64,000 nucleotides of DNA from Fistulifera solaris (lineage: Eukaryota). The notes beneath the pieces were generated by a model. The model saw nothing but the letters and a program-made list of their open reading frames with translations. It had not been told where the DNA came from and ran no database searches. Shown here in pieces: positions 24,544 to 36,569 of the stretch. How positions within the stretch are numbered: position 1 is the first letter of the stretch; each line of letters starts with the position of its first letter. Both the position numbers and the translations under genes were made by a program. The stretch spans positions 372,001-436,000 of the forward strand of contig AP026153.1 in NCBI GenBank assembly GCA_030295235.1. Reading direction: 5' to 3'.

Positions 24544-27275
24544 TCATTTATCCGCAAGTATCGTCGCCATTGCAGCCCAGGGGTCATTGGCAACACATTC
24601 TCGCACAGAAGAAGCCATCTGGTCATCCAAATCTTTCTGGTTTTTCTGTTTTGTTTCAAAAAAGACTGGTTTATATTCCAAATGGACTTCCCAGCTCAAT
24701 TTAGAGTAATCAAAACCCTCTTTTAACCCTTCCCGGCTCAAAGACCAACTTGAATCGTACACACCTTCTTGTTTTAGGGCATGACCACGAATGGCGGGAT
24801 AGATCCTCTCCGAGAAAGATTCAAAACTCTCGCCGTCCTGTAATGGCGCTATGCCGTAAGCTTTACAAAGTTCATGCACGTCGGAATTATTGTTAGCCCT
24901 CAAGGGTAGAGCGAAGCAGTTCAATGAATTGTCATAATCAAGGGCACGGAACAGGTGCATCCACAGGAAAGGAGGTAGGATATTGCGTGGAACTTTGATA
25001 CCGTGATCTAGTGCAAATGCTATAAGGCGACCGATGGCACGATAAGTCTGCCTAGCTCTGCTCGTGCATCGTTTTTCTTTCAGATTCTTATCATTCATGG
25101 GCTCAAAACAAAGCTGCTCTTCATTCCACTCAAAAAAAAGAAACTCTAGCTGGCTCCATACTTCCGACAAAAAAACCTGAGCGCCTTCCTTTCTTGTCAA
25201 AGTGGTACCGTCCTTGTCAACTTCTTGGACGTGATAGCGTTAAAGAGAGGAGCAATTAAAGCAGGTGAATCCGACCGACAATGTTACTTACTATGGAAGT
25301 TAATTGCGTACGTCACTTCAGGGTCAAACTGTATGTCATTGTCATCGCTCAACAAAAGCATCTTTTCATATAGCAGTGGGTGCAATCATAACTGAAATCT
25401 GAATCATGCTCCACACATTTTTGCGCCATTCTTTGAAGCTTTTCCGCATATCGAAGCTGCATGACAATTTTACGTTGTAGTTCCCACCATCAAATTTCTT
25501 GGCCAACATCTTTTCTATAGCGTGCACACGATCCTCGTAAAAGCACATAATTTCTTTCTTGTCAGCTTCGTTAACCTCTGGAATGACGTCTATGAACGCT
25601 TTTAACATGATCTTTTCTTGATTTTGTTTCTCCAAGGCCTTTTTCATACCATCATACTTTCGTCTAGCCTGTAAAAAGATGAGCGCCGCAAAGGAAAGCA
25701 AGTATAAGAACTAATCAATACAGGCCACACACCTTCAAGTCTTCTTCGACACCAGCTTGCGTCTCTTCAAGCCGTAATTTCACCGATTGAAACCGACTCA
25801 TCAAATCCTTATCTACGCTGATACCATTGTGCTGAAGACTGAATAGAAGCAAAGAAAATCAGAAACAAAAAAAGCGGTTGAAACTTTAAGCACAAAACAA
25901 ACTCTTCTGCATTTTCAAAACCTACCTGTATTCATTCTTAGCTCGAAGACGTTGAAAACCTCGTCGCTGCTCTTCATTCTTGGCTACAGCTTCGTGTGGA
26001 TATTTTATACCTTTATCGTCTTGATAGACATTGCCATATAGACACTCCAAAAAACGGCGCACGACTCCGTGCTCATTGTGCATTCCTTGACCGGCGAGTT
26101 TGTTTAGGTGATCCATTAATTCTTTTGGCCGCAATCGGCTGTCGTGATTACAATGCGGTTGAACTAAGCCCCACTTCTCTCCCATGGGACAGCGACACCA
26201 CTTGTCGAATTCGTGTTCTGCTAAACACTGAAACCCAAAATGGACCGCTGGATGCTCGGCTACCTTTTGGAGGAGTTCTCGGCGTGCCAACAATGAATCA
26301 CCTGTTGTAGCTGTTGGCCTCAAAACCATGCGGTCCCTGTCATAATCTTCGTCGCTGCCGTAATCGTCATCCGATGAAGACGCTGCTGGCATAGGCCGAG
26401 CAAGGTCAGCCTGTAACTCCTGAACGACGATCGAGTAGCTTTGCCGTAAGCGCTCCTTGAAATCTTCTTCGTATTTGTACGGGGGCAATTTTTGCAAGGC
26501 GTCCTTTTCAGATGGGAACTTTGTGTATTTGACGACAAATTGCGTGAGTGTTTGCTTCGAAAGGAAAAAGAGAGAACTGCAAGACGGAATAAAAAGACTT
26601 ACCGTAGCAAGGAGTTTGTTTTGAAGAATCGTAGGATCATTCCAGTATCCCTTAAAAACTCCACGAAAAGGGAGATAAGGATCACTCTCATCAATTACCA
26701 CAGCGGGCTCAGGGACTATCGGAGCAGCAGCATTCAATGTCAAATCACCCTGCATTCCAGCCGTCAAATTCTGATTTGTCGCGTTTGATAATGCAACAGC
26801 CGCATTTTGCACGGCAGCCGTCCCTTCCGCTGCTAATGAATTATTTACCCTAAGATTCTGCGGGGCGCTCAGTCGATTATTGCCATGCCGGTTCGAGAAG
26901 TTCCTGTCGTTGCTAATTCTTTGTCGTTTATTATTGAAATAATGACGGCCCCCTCCGTTACCACTGGAATTGTAATTGAAATGTGAATTGTGAATATAGC
27001 CGTTTTGATGTGAATTGTCGCTATGGGTGTATCCGCGATTCGGATCACCGCTTCCGTTATGTCGAGAACTGTATCGACCATACGAATTGTCGTGATTGTC
27101 TTGTGAATTGCTGTTAATCTCGTTCATTGAATTGTTCTGATTTAAGTGCCTCCCTCCTCTCGAAGGATTGGGTTCCTCCTCGCGCTCGAGCTCCTCGCGG
27201 CCCCTGAGCGTAGTGATTATCACCGTTTCCTCTAACGGATCGATCGTCCTGCCAATTGTGATTTGTATTACTCAT
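24544..27275 (-). pseudogene. Multi-exon hypothetical gene, disrupted: Asn/Gly-rich N-terminus, Cys/His motif, coiled coil and partial HECT-N-lobe-like C-terminus
   Basis: ORFs 25922..27223, 25366..25701 and 24544..25200 lie on one strand with splice-like boundaries. FLSEVW...FEP...YRAIGRLIAFALDHG...LPP resembles a HECT N-lobe. Several frame breaks. Confidence 0.4.
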
Positions 27276-27659
27276 CACGCAGATGCTTCGCTTCAATTTC
27301 TCTCTCTCTCTTTTTTGTTTCTTTGTATTGTTGGATCCTTTGTTTGATCTAATGAGATGAACCGGCGTCGTCGGCTGCGTATTTTCTGGAAAGGTGCGAA
27401 CGCAAACACAGCACGCGCGTCTAGATTTTTTGCGCACGTGAGACATTAATCACCAAGTTTTTCTGGCAACGTAAAAACACAGCAAACCCCGATTTTTTAT
27501 TATTATTTTAACAAAATGCTGTTAAGGCTTACAAATCGTTCGTTTACCAAAGTATCTTAAGCACCATTTGTCGTTGTTGCAATTAAATAGTCGCTAGCAG
27601 CGTTTGGATTACACGTAATTGTATTGCACGTTGAAGAGCCTTGCAAGTCAAAACGTTAG

Positions 27660-27770
27660 TCCAGTACTCTGGCAGATTTTCTGACTACCAGATTTTCTGG
27701 AATTGAAACAACAGTCTCCCAGACTTTCTGATTACTTGAAAACACCAGTCGCCCAGACTTTCTGGACAAA
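27660..27770. repeat. Degenerate ~34-bp tandem repeat with CCAGA(T/C)TTTCTGG core
   Basis: Cores at ~27673, 27688, 27718 and 27752; reverse-complement similar to the array at 51431-51690. Confidence 0.6.
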
Positions 27771-27925
27771 AGTGAAAGCGACGCGACGTTCGACAGCAAG
27801 TAAAGCGCTAAAGTGATTATAATAATAATAATCAACATTATCATCGTTTTCAATCAATCGACGCAGCAAAAAAGCGAATTAAGCTTGATTTAACATTCAA
27901 AGCACCCGTAGAGCAACAAGCAAAG

Positions 27926-28795
27926 ATGAACTCGTTCGAAGACACCACACAAGACCCGACCTTCACCAGCAATGACGATGCGGCCGACGAAGAAGACGAT
28001 GACGAAGAAGATGACGACGAGGAAGAAGAAGATGAAGATGATGCTACGGCTCCTCGCAGCTACAACAATGTGGATGACAAGCACTTACACATCAATGCGG
28101 TTCCGAATTTAGACAGTCTCGTCGGGTTGCGTGATTTGAGTTCCGATGTCGTTTGTTGGCAATTGTCGAGTGCCAAGCCGGGGAATGGGGTCGAACAAAT
28201 ATTAGACGATTCCTCCGAAACGTACTGGCAGTCGGATGGACAGGCGCAACCGCATTGGATGCAAGTGCACTTTTCGCGGCGCGTAGCAATCAGTCACGTG
28301 TGTCTGTATCTCGATTTTCATTTGGACGAATCATATACACCCAAAAAAGTATCCGTGCAAGCCGGAATGACGCATCAGGATTTGTGGGACGCCATTCCTG
28401 TGGTGGAGTTGACAGAACCGTCGGGATGGTGCATTTTGCGTTTGCAGGCTCCGCCAGATCCATTGGATGATTTGGGCGGCGCGGACGATGAGGATGATTC
28501 ACCAGCACAAGATAAGGAAAATGGCGACGATAATCATTTGCTGGGGGCTAATACATTTTCTAAGGCGTACAAGAATGTCATTCGCGCGCATTTGATACGA
28601 ATTTCGATACAATCGATGCATCAGAACGGTAGAGACACTCACGTTCGGAAGTTGCGGCTGTTTGGGCCTCGAATGAATCAGTGGTCATCGTCCGAGCCTA
28701 TGCAGATTCCATCGCCGAACAATTCCTCGAAACATCCAGTCGTTGAGCGTACACGAGCTTTGGAAATGGGGAACTGGTTCCCTTCTATTCGATAA
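27926..28795 (+). CDS. APC10: Anaphase-promoting complex subunit 10 (DOC1)
   Basis: WQLSSAKPGNGVEQI, TYWQSDG, LDESYTPKK, SMHQNGRDTHVR. Confidence 0.93.
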   Translation: MNSFEDTTQDPTFTSNDDAADEEDDDEEDDDEEEEDEDDATAPRSYNNVDDKHLHINAVPNLDSLVGLRDLSSDVVCWQLSSAKPGNGVEQILDDSSETYWQSDGQAQPHWMQVHFSRRVAISHVCLYLDFHLDESYTPKKVSVQAGMTHQDLWDAIPVVELTEPSGWCILRLQAPPDPLDDLGGADDEDDSPAQDKENGDDNHLLGANTFSKAYKNVIRAHLIRISIQSMHQNGRDTHVRKLRLFGPRMNQWSSSEPMQIPSPNNSSKHPVVERTRALEMGNWFPSIR

Positions 28796-28863
28796 CTGTT
28801 CGTTTTGGTTTTGTAAAGTAAAAAATAGCACGATGACGTTGTCTCTTTAGGTTTCATATTTTG

Positions 28864-31595
28864 TTAGAAAGAAAGTTCGCACATGCGACATCCCCAATCC
28901 ATAGAGCTGCTCGCTAGCAATAATTTGGTTTGTGTAGCATCTCGAAGTGGTTGCCATGCAAGCTTCGTTACGGTGTCAATGTGACACGCATCGGGCGGGA
29001 ATGCCAACCACAGCCGGGGAGGAGTATCGTCTGAAAAGTCTGTAGGAACTTCAAAGAGTTCGATTCGTCCGGACTCCAGACCCACGGTTACCACACCTCT
29101 TCGCTGCTTGCTGTCGGGAACGGGAATTGGTGCAAAGGCCAGAGCCGTCACGGAATCTTGTTTTTGCTGAATCGTAAACGAAGGTGCGAATTGACAGAGT
29201 TCGGTAACCTGCGTATTCAGATCCTCCGTATTAATCTTCCATATCTTGATACAACCATCTCGAGAGCCAGAGGCCAAAATAGTTTCATCGTACGGGCAAA
29301 AATTAACCGACCAAATAATGCGTTTATGTGCCGTGTCCTTACTCCAGGACAGCTCAAATAGATTGTCGGGCGATCCCGTCCTCTTCCACAAGCACAGTCG
29401 TCTATCTTTTCCGGAAGACACTAAAAACTGACCATCAGGGGAAAAGGAAAGAGTAGCTACCGTCGATTTATGCCCACCGCTAAGCGTTTGGGCGCATTTG
29501 CCGGCCTCGACATCCCATAGACGTATACTAGCTGCTTCGGCATCACGTGCCTTGCACGAAGAAGCAACCAAGACATCGTTGAAAAATGACGTCGTTTTCG
29601 GCTCGTACAATGGACTTGCCGTTCTCGACATAAGTGTCGAGGTAAGACAGAATAATTCCGTATTGTGTCCGAATAATTTTCGTACTTCTGGCCACAACGA
29701 TGCCACCCCTAAATCTCGTTCCAGCGGTAGCTTCATACTTGTCAGACGGGAGGCATCACTGCCCACTTCACCCTCCATGGAGTCGGCTTCCTCCGCCCGC
29801 TCAGCGGCACTCGCTTTGTTGCTAAGACCAAGAGAAGGGATAAAAGCCCGATCGACACGTTCGATGTCATCGTCCACTGGGTTTGCCTCTCCGTGAATGC
29901 TCTGTAGCATACGAAGGGTCGTTCGTGGTGCATCAAACACTCTCAGCTCTTTCTCTTCCGCCCCTGTCACCATCAAGTGCTTGTGTTTTACCGAAGAAAT
30001 CGAGGCAATAGAGGTCAAGTTATAACCGTGTACTTGAGGGCGTACCAACTCCACCCAAATAGAGTCCTTGTCGCTTTCTTCGACAGGAGCCCATAATCGA
30101 CACGTCTGATCATTGCTGACTGTCAACAGATATTCACCTTGCGACGTCTCCCAACAAAGATCCGTAACACCACCGAAATGCCCAGTGATACAAGGTGTTG
30201 CTTTCCACCGGACAAAGGAGGCACGTTCTTCCAGCGGTAACGAATTCAATTTTTCTTCCTGTTGCTGTGAGATCAATTCGCTCGTCCAAATGTGAAGGCT
30301 TCCCCCATACGCCTGTCCCACCAAGTAGCGTCCATCGGAAGGACTGATCGTAGCACCGCAATATCCGAGCAGTGACGAACCTACCGACCCACCCAAAATT
30401 CCTCCGGCACTTCCCACTCGTGTTAATGGAGTCCAGATTCCTTCCAACGTGGGACCCCACAGCATAATCGCTCGATCCATACTACTGCTAATTAGTAGCT
30501 TATCGTAACCATACATCGGTTGCGGATGAGTATGCCACTTAACACACGTCACGCTTTCCTCGTGCCCCACCAACAGCGCCTCCAAAGTGACTTTAGTCAC
30601 ATGTTGCAACAAGTTATTGCTATTCTGCGACGCATCCGGTACGACAAATTCGATGCGCGATTCTCCTTCTTCATCCTCTTCCACGCCATCTTTATTTCCT
30701 TCACTCAGATCATCATCAGGATCCTCCACATCGGTAGGTACAGTATCATCTAGTTCGCTCGTCACCTTTTCCGTATACGTTCGAAACATCCACAATCGAA
30801 TACGAGCATCCTGACTCGCGGATGCCAACAACGAATATTCGGTAGAGTGCCACCAATCCATACTGGTAATCCAGTCTTCATGTCCCGATAATGTACCCAC
30901 TAAATGCGGAGTCGTTCCGTCCAGACGATATACCCAAATTTTGTTGTGACGGGGATTTGCGGTACCGATCAAGGCCAAGAGGGACGAATGATGCTGCTGA
31001 AAGGAACACGAGCACACGGCCGATTCCAACAAAGATACGGTGTCTTGGACAAGAATCGTCAAAGATTCAGTGCTGATATGACAGGTGTAGAGGGTTGCAC
31101 CCGCAGAAGTACCCGCCATGACAAAAAGCGCTTCGGAATTGTTGTTGCCGGCATCAGCCGAGTGAACGGCGGCACAAATGGAGCCAATCGATCGACTCGC
31201 CGTCGACAACACATGCTCCTTCCATGAAGACGATGATCCTGATCGAAACCATACAACAATCGTCCCATTAGAAAATCCGCAAGCGATTCCTTTTCTACCA
31301 AAGACACTCATGGCCGATATTACTGGACGTTGTTCTCCTGGAAGAACTGGATTCTGTTCGATAAACGAAGATCGCAAAGTCTGACGCACCGTCCAAATCG
31401 GCTCTTCCTTTTCCACGCTCGTTGTTCGGCTAAATAAATAAGAGCATTCGATGCGTACACAAGGATATCGTTATTCTCATCGTCACCGCGAATCCAGTCG
31501 ACAGCGTGACGAAACGACGAAGCGGCAGCGCCTTGATGAACTGTGTGAAAGGAGGGCGTTCGCATGCTATTTTCTGGAGCTGTTCTTTCTGCCAT
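28864..31595 (-). CDS. ELP2: Elongator complex protein 2 (WD40); frameshift near 31410
   Basis: GHEDWI, LASASQDARIRLW, LEALLVGHE, RPQVHGYNL, GAEEKELRVFDAP, PSLGLSNKA, LWPEVRKLFGH, AHKRIIWS. Confidence 0.92.
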
Positions 31596-32199
31596 TAAAT
31601 CGACTGATTCGAAACAAGGGAGTTTAAATGGAATAAGAATGTTATTGTATATTGTATACTTCACTTCGCAGTGAGTCTTTCAATTTGGAAAAGGAATTGA
31701 ATGAATGAATAAAAACGCGGACGAGGTTTTTTCTTGGATCTCAGAGCGTCATGTCGTCTGACCTGGATCCGTGTCGAAAATGACTCATGACTGAATTTCC
31801 AATTGTAAATATTGCGCTACTTTTTTGGTAAAATGATGCGACTAGTCTATTCTGAGGTTCAGTTTTAGATTTCAGAGGACCAGATGGGTCGACTACCGTA
31901 CCCAGTCGTTGTTTAGTGGGAACTAACGTTTATTGAACAATAACTTAGTTTTTCGCGACGTGCCTAACCTGGTACGGTACTTTTTACTCCGTACTTGTAC
32001 TTTTTAACGCAGTTATGCACGAATGAACCCTAACCTTCATAGTACCGCACGCGTCTTATTTTCGTGTCGCGTATTCTTTCGCATTTCGAACATTTCATTC
32101 CGCATCAACAACTCATTCACATCATTGCATTGCTTTTCGTCTTGTTCCCATTCCTTCTACTATACTGTTACTTCTCTACTTCACTCTTGTCATCATACA

Positions 32200-33701
32200 A
32201 TGGAAGGCGAAAACGAAGGCGTCGGTGCCTTACTGCAAATTATTCCTCCCTCTCTTCTCCAACCCACGCAAGTTGCTCGATGGAAAGAGAAAGGAGTTCA
32301 TCCTACGTGCAGGTTGCTTCGAAATCCAATCAGTTTGAAGGAGCTCGTTGACTACAATTTCTGCTACGCCATCTTGCAAGAAAACAACACGATGATATAC
32401 GTGAAACCGCGTGGGTTCATCAATGACTTTCCTGTTATTGGGAGTCGTTTTGTTTATTTCCGTTTCGGCGAAGACGCGGTGCACATTGTCGGTCCGAGTG
32501 ACAATGCTATTGCTCAAACGGTAGCATTTTTGATAAAGTGGAGACTTCCTCAGCGGAAGGCTACTGCTATGAAATTCGCGGTCACGGCGGCACTGTCGAT
32601 TTTCGCGCCGCCGGTTCTCGGTGTCTAGCCCATCTCTTGAACATTGCCTCGTCGAACAAAGTAACGTTTGAATCCCTGCTGCTGAGCTCGGAGCAGTCCA
32701 CGGCTCTCGCGATACGACGTCATCAACTGGATTTACTTCTGAATCAATGCTGGTTCAAAGATGGTGGTACGGCGTTCGTCGATGCCCTCCAGAACCGGCA
32801 AGGGCCGTTTGGTTCATTATGTTTGAAGGGCAGTGCACCAGTCAATGCACACAATATGCGAGATCTTCTCCAGGTGGATTGTATCAATCATTTTGGGGCT
32901 ATCCATTTGGGAAAAAATGTCGTTCCACTATCTGCAAAGGCCGATTCAGTTTTCTTCGAAGAGGTGGTTACGGATCTCAATTCTGGTGGGTCTTTGAATG
33001 TATTTACTCGAAAACTAGCCCTGAATTTGGTGATTGATGAAGGCGAACGCTTTCCAACAGCAGCTGTGCTGGCTTTCTTTCGACGATTGGCTCAGTTGGG
33101 GCATTTGGTTGAGCTGAAAATTGCTTTCTGCGATCTTGATGCAAGCCTTAGCATGCCCAATGCAGCTGTTCACGAGCTTATCCGCACAGTAATGGCTAAC
33201 GTCAACCTGCAGGTCCTTGATCTGACAACTGACGGCAATGCTTTGGAATGGAAGAGTCGGCAATTGAATAAAATTCTTGTTGGAATCAAAGATCATGAAA
33301 CACTTCGTACACTGAAAATTGATGTTGACAATGAAGATATAGTGTTTGGTCCTTCGTTCGAACACCTTCTCCGTCTTCTAACTCACAAGCGAAACCTAGT
33401 CGTGATGGATGATTGTGGGGAAGCTTACACCGATGAAGATGCTGTTGATGATCTTTACTTTTTGAACAATTTCTATCTTGGATCGACTGGGATGTTAGAT
33501 GAACCACCCGCGCAGCGATCATGGCTGGTGACAACGGCATTAGTGGAAGGCGCTTTGTATGATTTTCAGCTCAGTGCGCTGTTGCTATCGAACCACATCG
33601 ACATTCTGCATGAGCTTATTCAAATTGCTACTACGGATGTAGAAGTGCGGGGACACGACCTCCCATTTCGTGATTCTGTCCGGAAACGGCAGCGAAACTG
33701 A
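32200..33701 (+). CDS. Lineage-expanded RNI/LRR-like hypothetical family, copy 3; frameshift ~32533
   Basis: LLQIIP, RLLRNP, FKDGGTAFVDALQNRQGPFGSL, RLAQLGHL, LVTTALVE, LLLSNHID. Confidence 0.75.
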
Positions 33702-34242
33702 AGAGAAAAATTCATTTTGTGCTGATTGCGTGTGTTCATTGATTTGAGCTGGCTCATTATAGTATGAGAACCGCAGAGTGATTTGAATGGCATTTAGCGG
33801 CGATAGCTTGCTTGAGACACTATAATTTACACTGCCCTATTTTTACCTAAAGTTCTAGCTATCTTCAATTTAATTGAGTTTGTGTATGTAACAAGCAAGA
33901 TGGGTCTTTGACGCGAGCAACACACTAGGTGACCTAGCCGTCCGAATGAATTGCCAGGACTGAATTCCAGTCGTGAAACTCTAAAACAGACTGGGCCACA
34001 GTACTACACAAAACTCCCACTAAAGATAATGAAGTGGGACTTCATTTAAACAGATAAATACCGGTCGAAGTAGAGAGTCGTGCTAAATAAATACGGATCA
34101 CGTTTTCAAACTTCGCCGCCGCGCACCTCGAAGAACTTGGCGACTGTTTTGTGACTTTTGTGACGAAAAGTCCACTCTTTTTCGATAATATTTCACAACA
34201 ACACTCGCTGCTCTTCTCAGCTGAAGCAAACATACGACGAAC

Positions 34243-35029
34243 ATGAAGCAAGGCAAACGTTCCAAAAAGCAGAACAAGCGCGTCAAACCAGCCAGCGCGA
34301 CGAGACTTGCTCCGGTCGTCGAAGAGGAAGTCACTACTACGTTGTCGTCCTCCGACGAGCCAACTCCCTCGTCATCCCCCTCCCGAGTCTTCTTCCACTC
34401 TTATTAATACTAATACTCTACCAACAACGATGGGTGATGATTTACTGCCGGTAGAAAGCACACCCTCTTTACCCGCACAACCATCGCGGCCGCCGCTGAA
34501 AAACATTGCACCGAATCAGAGCCATCGAACGACGCCTACGAATAATACGCAGGCGACAACTTCTGTGCAGAAGCCTTCCGTTCTCCCTCCAGTAAGCACA
34601 AACAATACTGCCGTTTCAGCTACGGGGGAAGAATCAGTTACCGAGGATCCTCCGGCCGACCAAGTCATTACAACGACACAGCCGATGCTCGAAGTCGTCC
34701 TCGGCAAGGTCGTCGAAATCGTCACGGAAGCGGAACAAAATCGTACGAATTTGGAGATCGAGCGCTTGCAACAATTGGTGGAGTTCCTGGACTCGTCATA
34801 CAGTCCAGACGCGACGGAATGGTCGTTGAAACATACGGAATTGCAACACATGGTCCTACAAGTCGTAATGTTGGCGAAAGAATCCGTGCGGCGGGGGACA
34901 CCACCACCCACGGGCATGGTGTTGCAACTGCAAGACGGCGGATCCGCGGTGCAGCTCACGTGGGCTCCGCCGCACCATGTGCAGGTTACTACGGATGGTG
35001 TTGTACTCGGAGAACGTCTTTGCATCTAA
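34243..35029 (+). CDS. Hypothetical protein with Pro/Thr-rich N-terminus; probable frameshift near 34376-34385
   Basis: ATG 34243 (MKQGKRSKK...) leads into the 240-aa ORF after a C-run. Confidence 0.5.
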
Positions 35030-35312
35030 AAACAAGAGCACTTTGCATTTGATCATTCCTCCAGCAATTTGCCTCTCGAAAATTGATTTGCAGTATACAG
35101 AAATGGTACTATTTACATAGCTCTATGATTCTTTCTTATTCTTTCCGCTTTACATTTGCTTGAGAGACTCTCTTGTGCGTCTTCACATGTCAACACTAAA
35201 ACTGACAAATCAATCCGCCGTCTCGACATCGTTCGGCCGTCACGACTTCATGATTTTCTATCACCCGTGCGTTATTGCTTTCAAAGTCACTTTGAACAGT
35301 CACAGGGGCTAA

Positions 35313-35954
35313 TTACAGGAACAAAAAGCGAGCCATGGCTCCTCCCGCACTTTGCAAATAGGCTGGACTCGTATCCGCTAAATGTTCCACGTGCAACAAC
35401 TGGGCTCCATGTTTCAAATACAGTTGCGATTCCATCGCGTGCGGCAAATACAATTCCGCCAGTCGTTTCCACGCTTCCGCACCATCCCGGAACGTCCCTT
35501 GTCCGACGACCGAATGACCCGGTCGAGGAATGCCCGTCGCAATGGCGTACGCGGCTTGTTTCGCAATATCGTCGTCTATATCGAGGGACAATTCGTCCCA
35601 ATGCTGTGTCACCCAAGCCGATAATCCATACAATGCACCAACGGCTTGGACTTGTTCTCCTTGGGCCGAACAATCATCGAGCGCCCGTTCGACTAAGGGT
35701 CCAGCAACATTTGGTAACGTCCATTCTTCGATTGTTGAGTCTTCCGGTGGCTGCTGTTGCAATAGTTTCGCACCAAACAGAATATTTCGATGGGCCCGTA
35801 GTGACGCGAACGCATCGCGACGTTCGTTCGTGCCGGACGGTAATAACAAATATTCGCGCGATGTATATTCGTCTCCGATCCGGAGGACCCTCGTGGCAAA
35901 TGAACGACGACGACACGAACGAATCATGCTGCGCCGCGTTACTACGGCCCGCAT
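35313..35954 (-). CDS. Hypothetical protein with mitochondrial-like presequence
   Basis: MRAVVTRRSMIRSCRRRSF transit-like start followed by a globular-looking sequence (IATGIPRPGHSVVGQGTFRDG). Confidence 0.65.
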   Translation of the reverse strand: MRAVVTRRSMIRSCRRRSFATRVLRIGDEYTSREYLLLPSGTNERRDAFASLRAHRNILFGAKLLQQQPPEDSTIEEWTLPNVAGPLVERALDDCSAQGEQVQAVGALYGLSAWVTQHWDELSLDIDDDIAKQAAYAIATGIPRPGHSVVGQGTFRDGAEAWKRLAELYLPHAMESQLYLKHGAQLLHVEHLADTSPAYLQSAGGAMARFLFL

Positions 35955-36569
35955 CCTTCTAATCACGTAGTCAAGAAGACGAAAAAAGAGGAAATGGCAA
36001 AGAGGAATCAACAGATAGATAGACTGTTCTTGTAATGAAGAGTAAAAAGAAGACGTCCTTTTTGTTGATAATAACGAACGGCGAATGATGCGTTTTGCGG
36101 TTTTTCACGGCATCAAATTTTACTATACCGCAAAATGTGAGTTGCACATGGTCCGACTGAACTCCATTTCAGTCCCGTGGCTTATTCCTTTTCTAATTTC
36201 TGTCCGTTTCGAACCTACGTGTAACCCAAAATAGAGTGAAAGGCACAATATTAGTGTTTAATATAATGCAGATACCTGAAATGGTACTTGAAATGAAATT
36301 TGTCGATTCAAGATGTCGAAAAACTTAGCAAAAATGTTTTCCTTCGTTTTTACTATGGACCAATGTGTTGGTTCAAGGAGACCACGACTGCTTTCCAGTC
36401 ATGAATCGAAATATTTTTGAGATCGAGACCTCATGCCGAGACTGCTCGTCTACCTATTCATTATTGGTTCGTTTCCAAGTCTTTATTACAATACCACTAG
36501 CCACAATAACGTTTGCGATACACAATTGAGCACCTTTGTCCCTAATTACTGTTATATATGTCTATAGAC

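Noticed and set aside
32026..32037. AACCCTAACC telomere-like motif
   Set aside because: Under two units; expected by chance.
35156..35962. 268-aa + strand ORF
   Set aside because: Antisense to the more protein-like 35313..35954 gene; non-ATG start.
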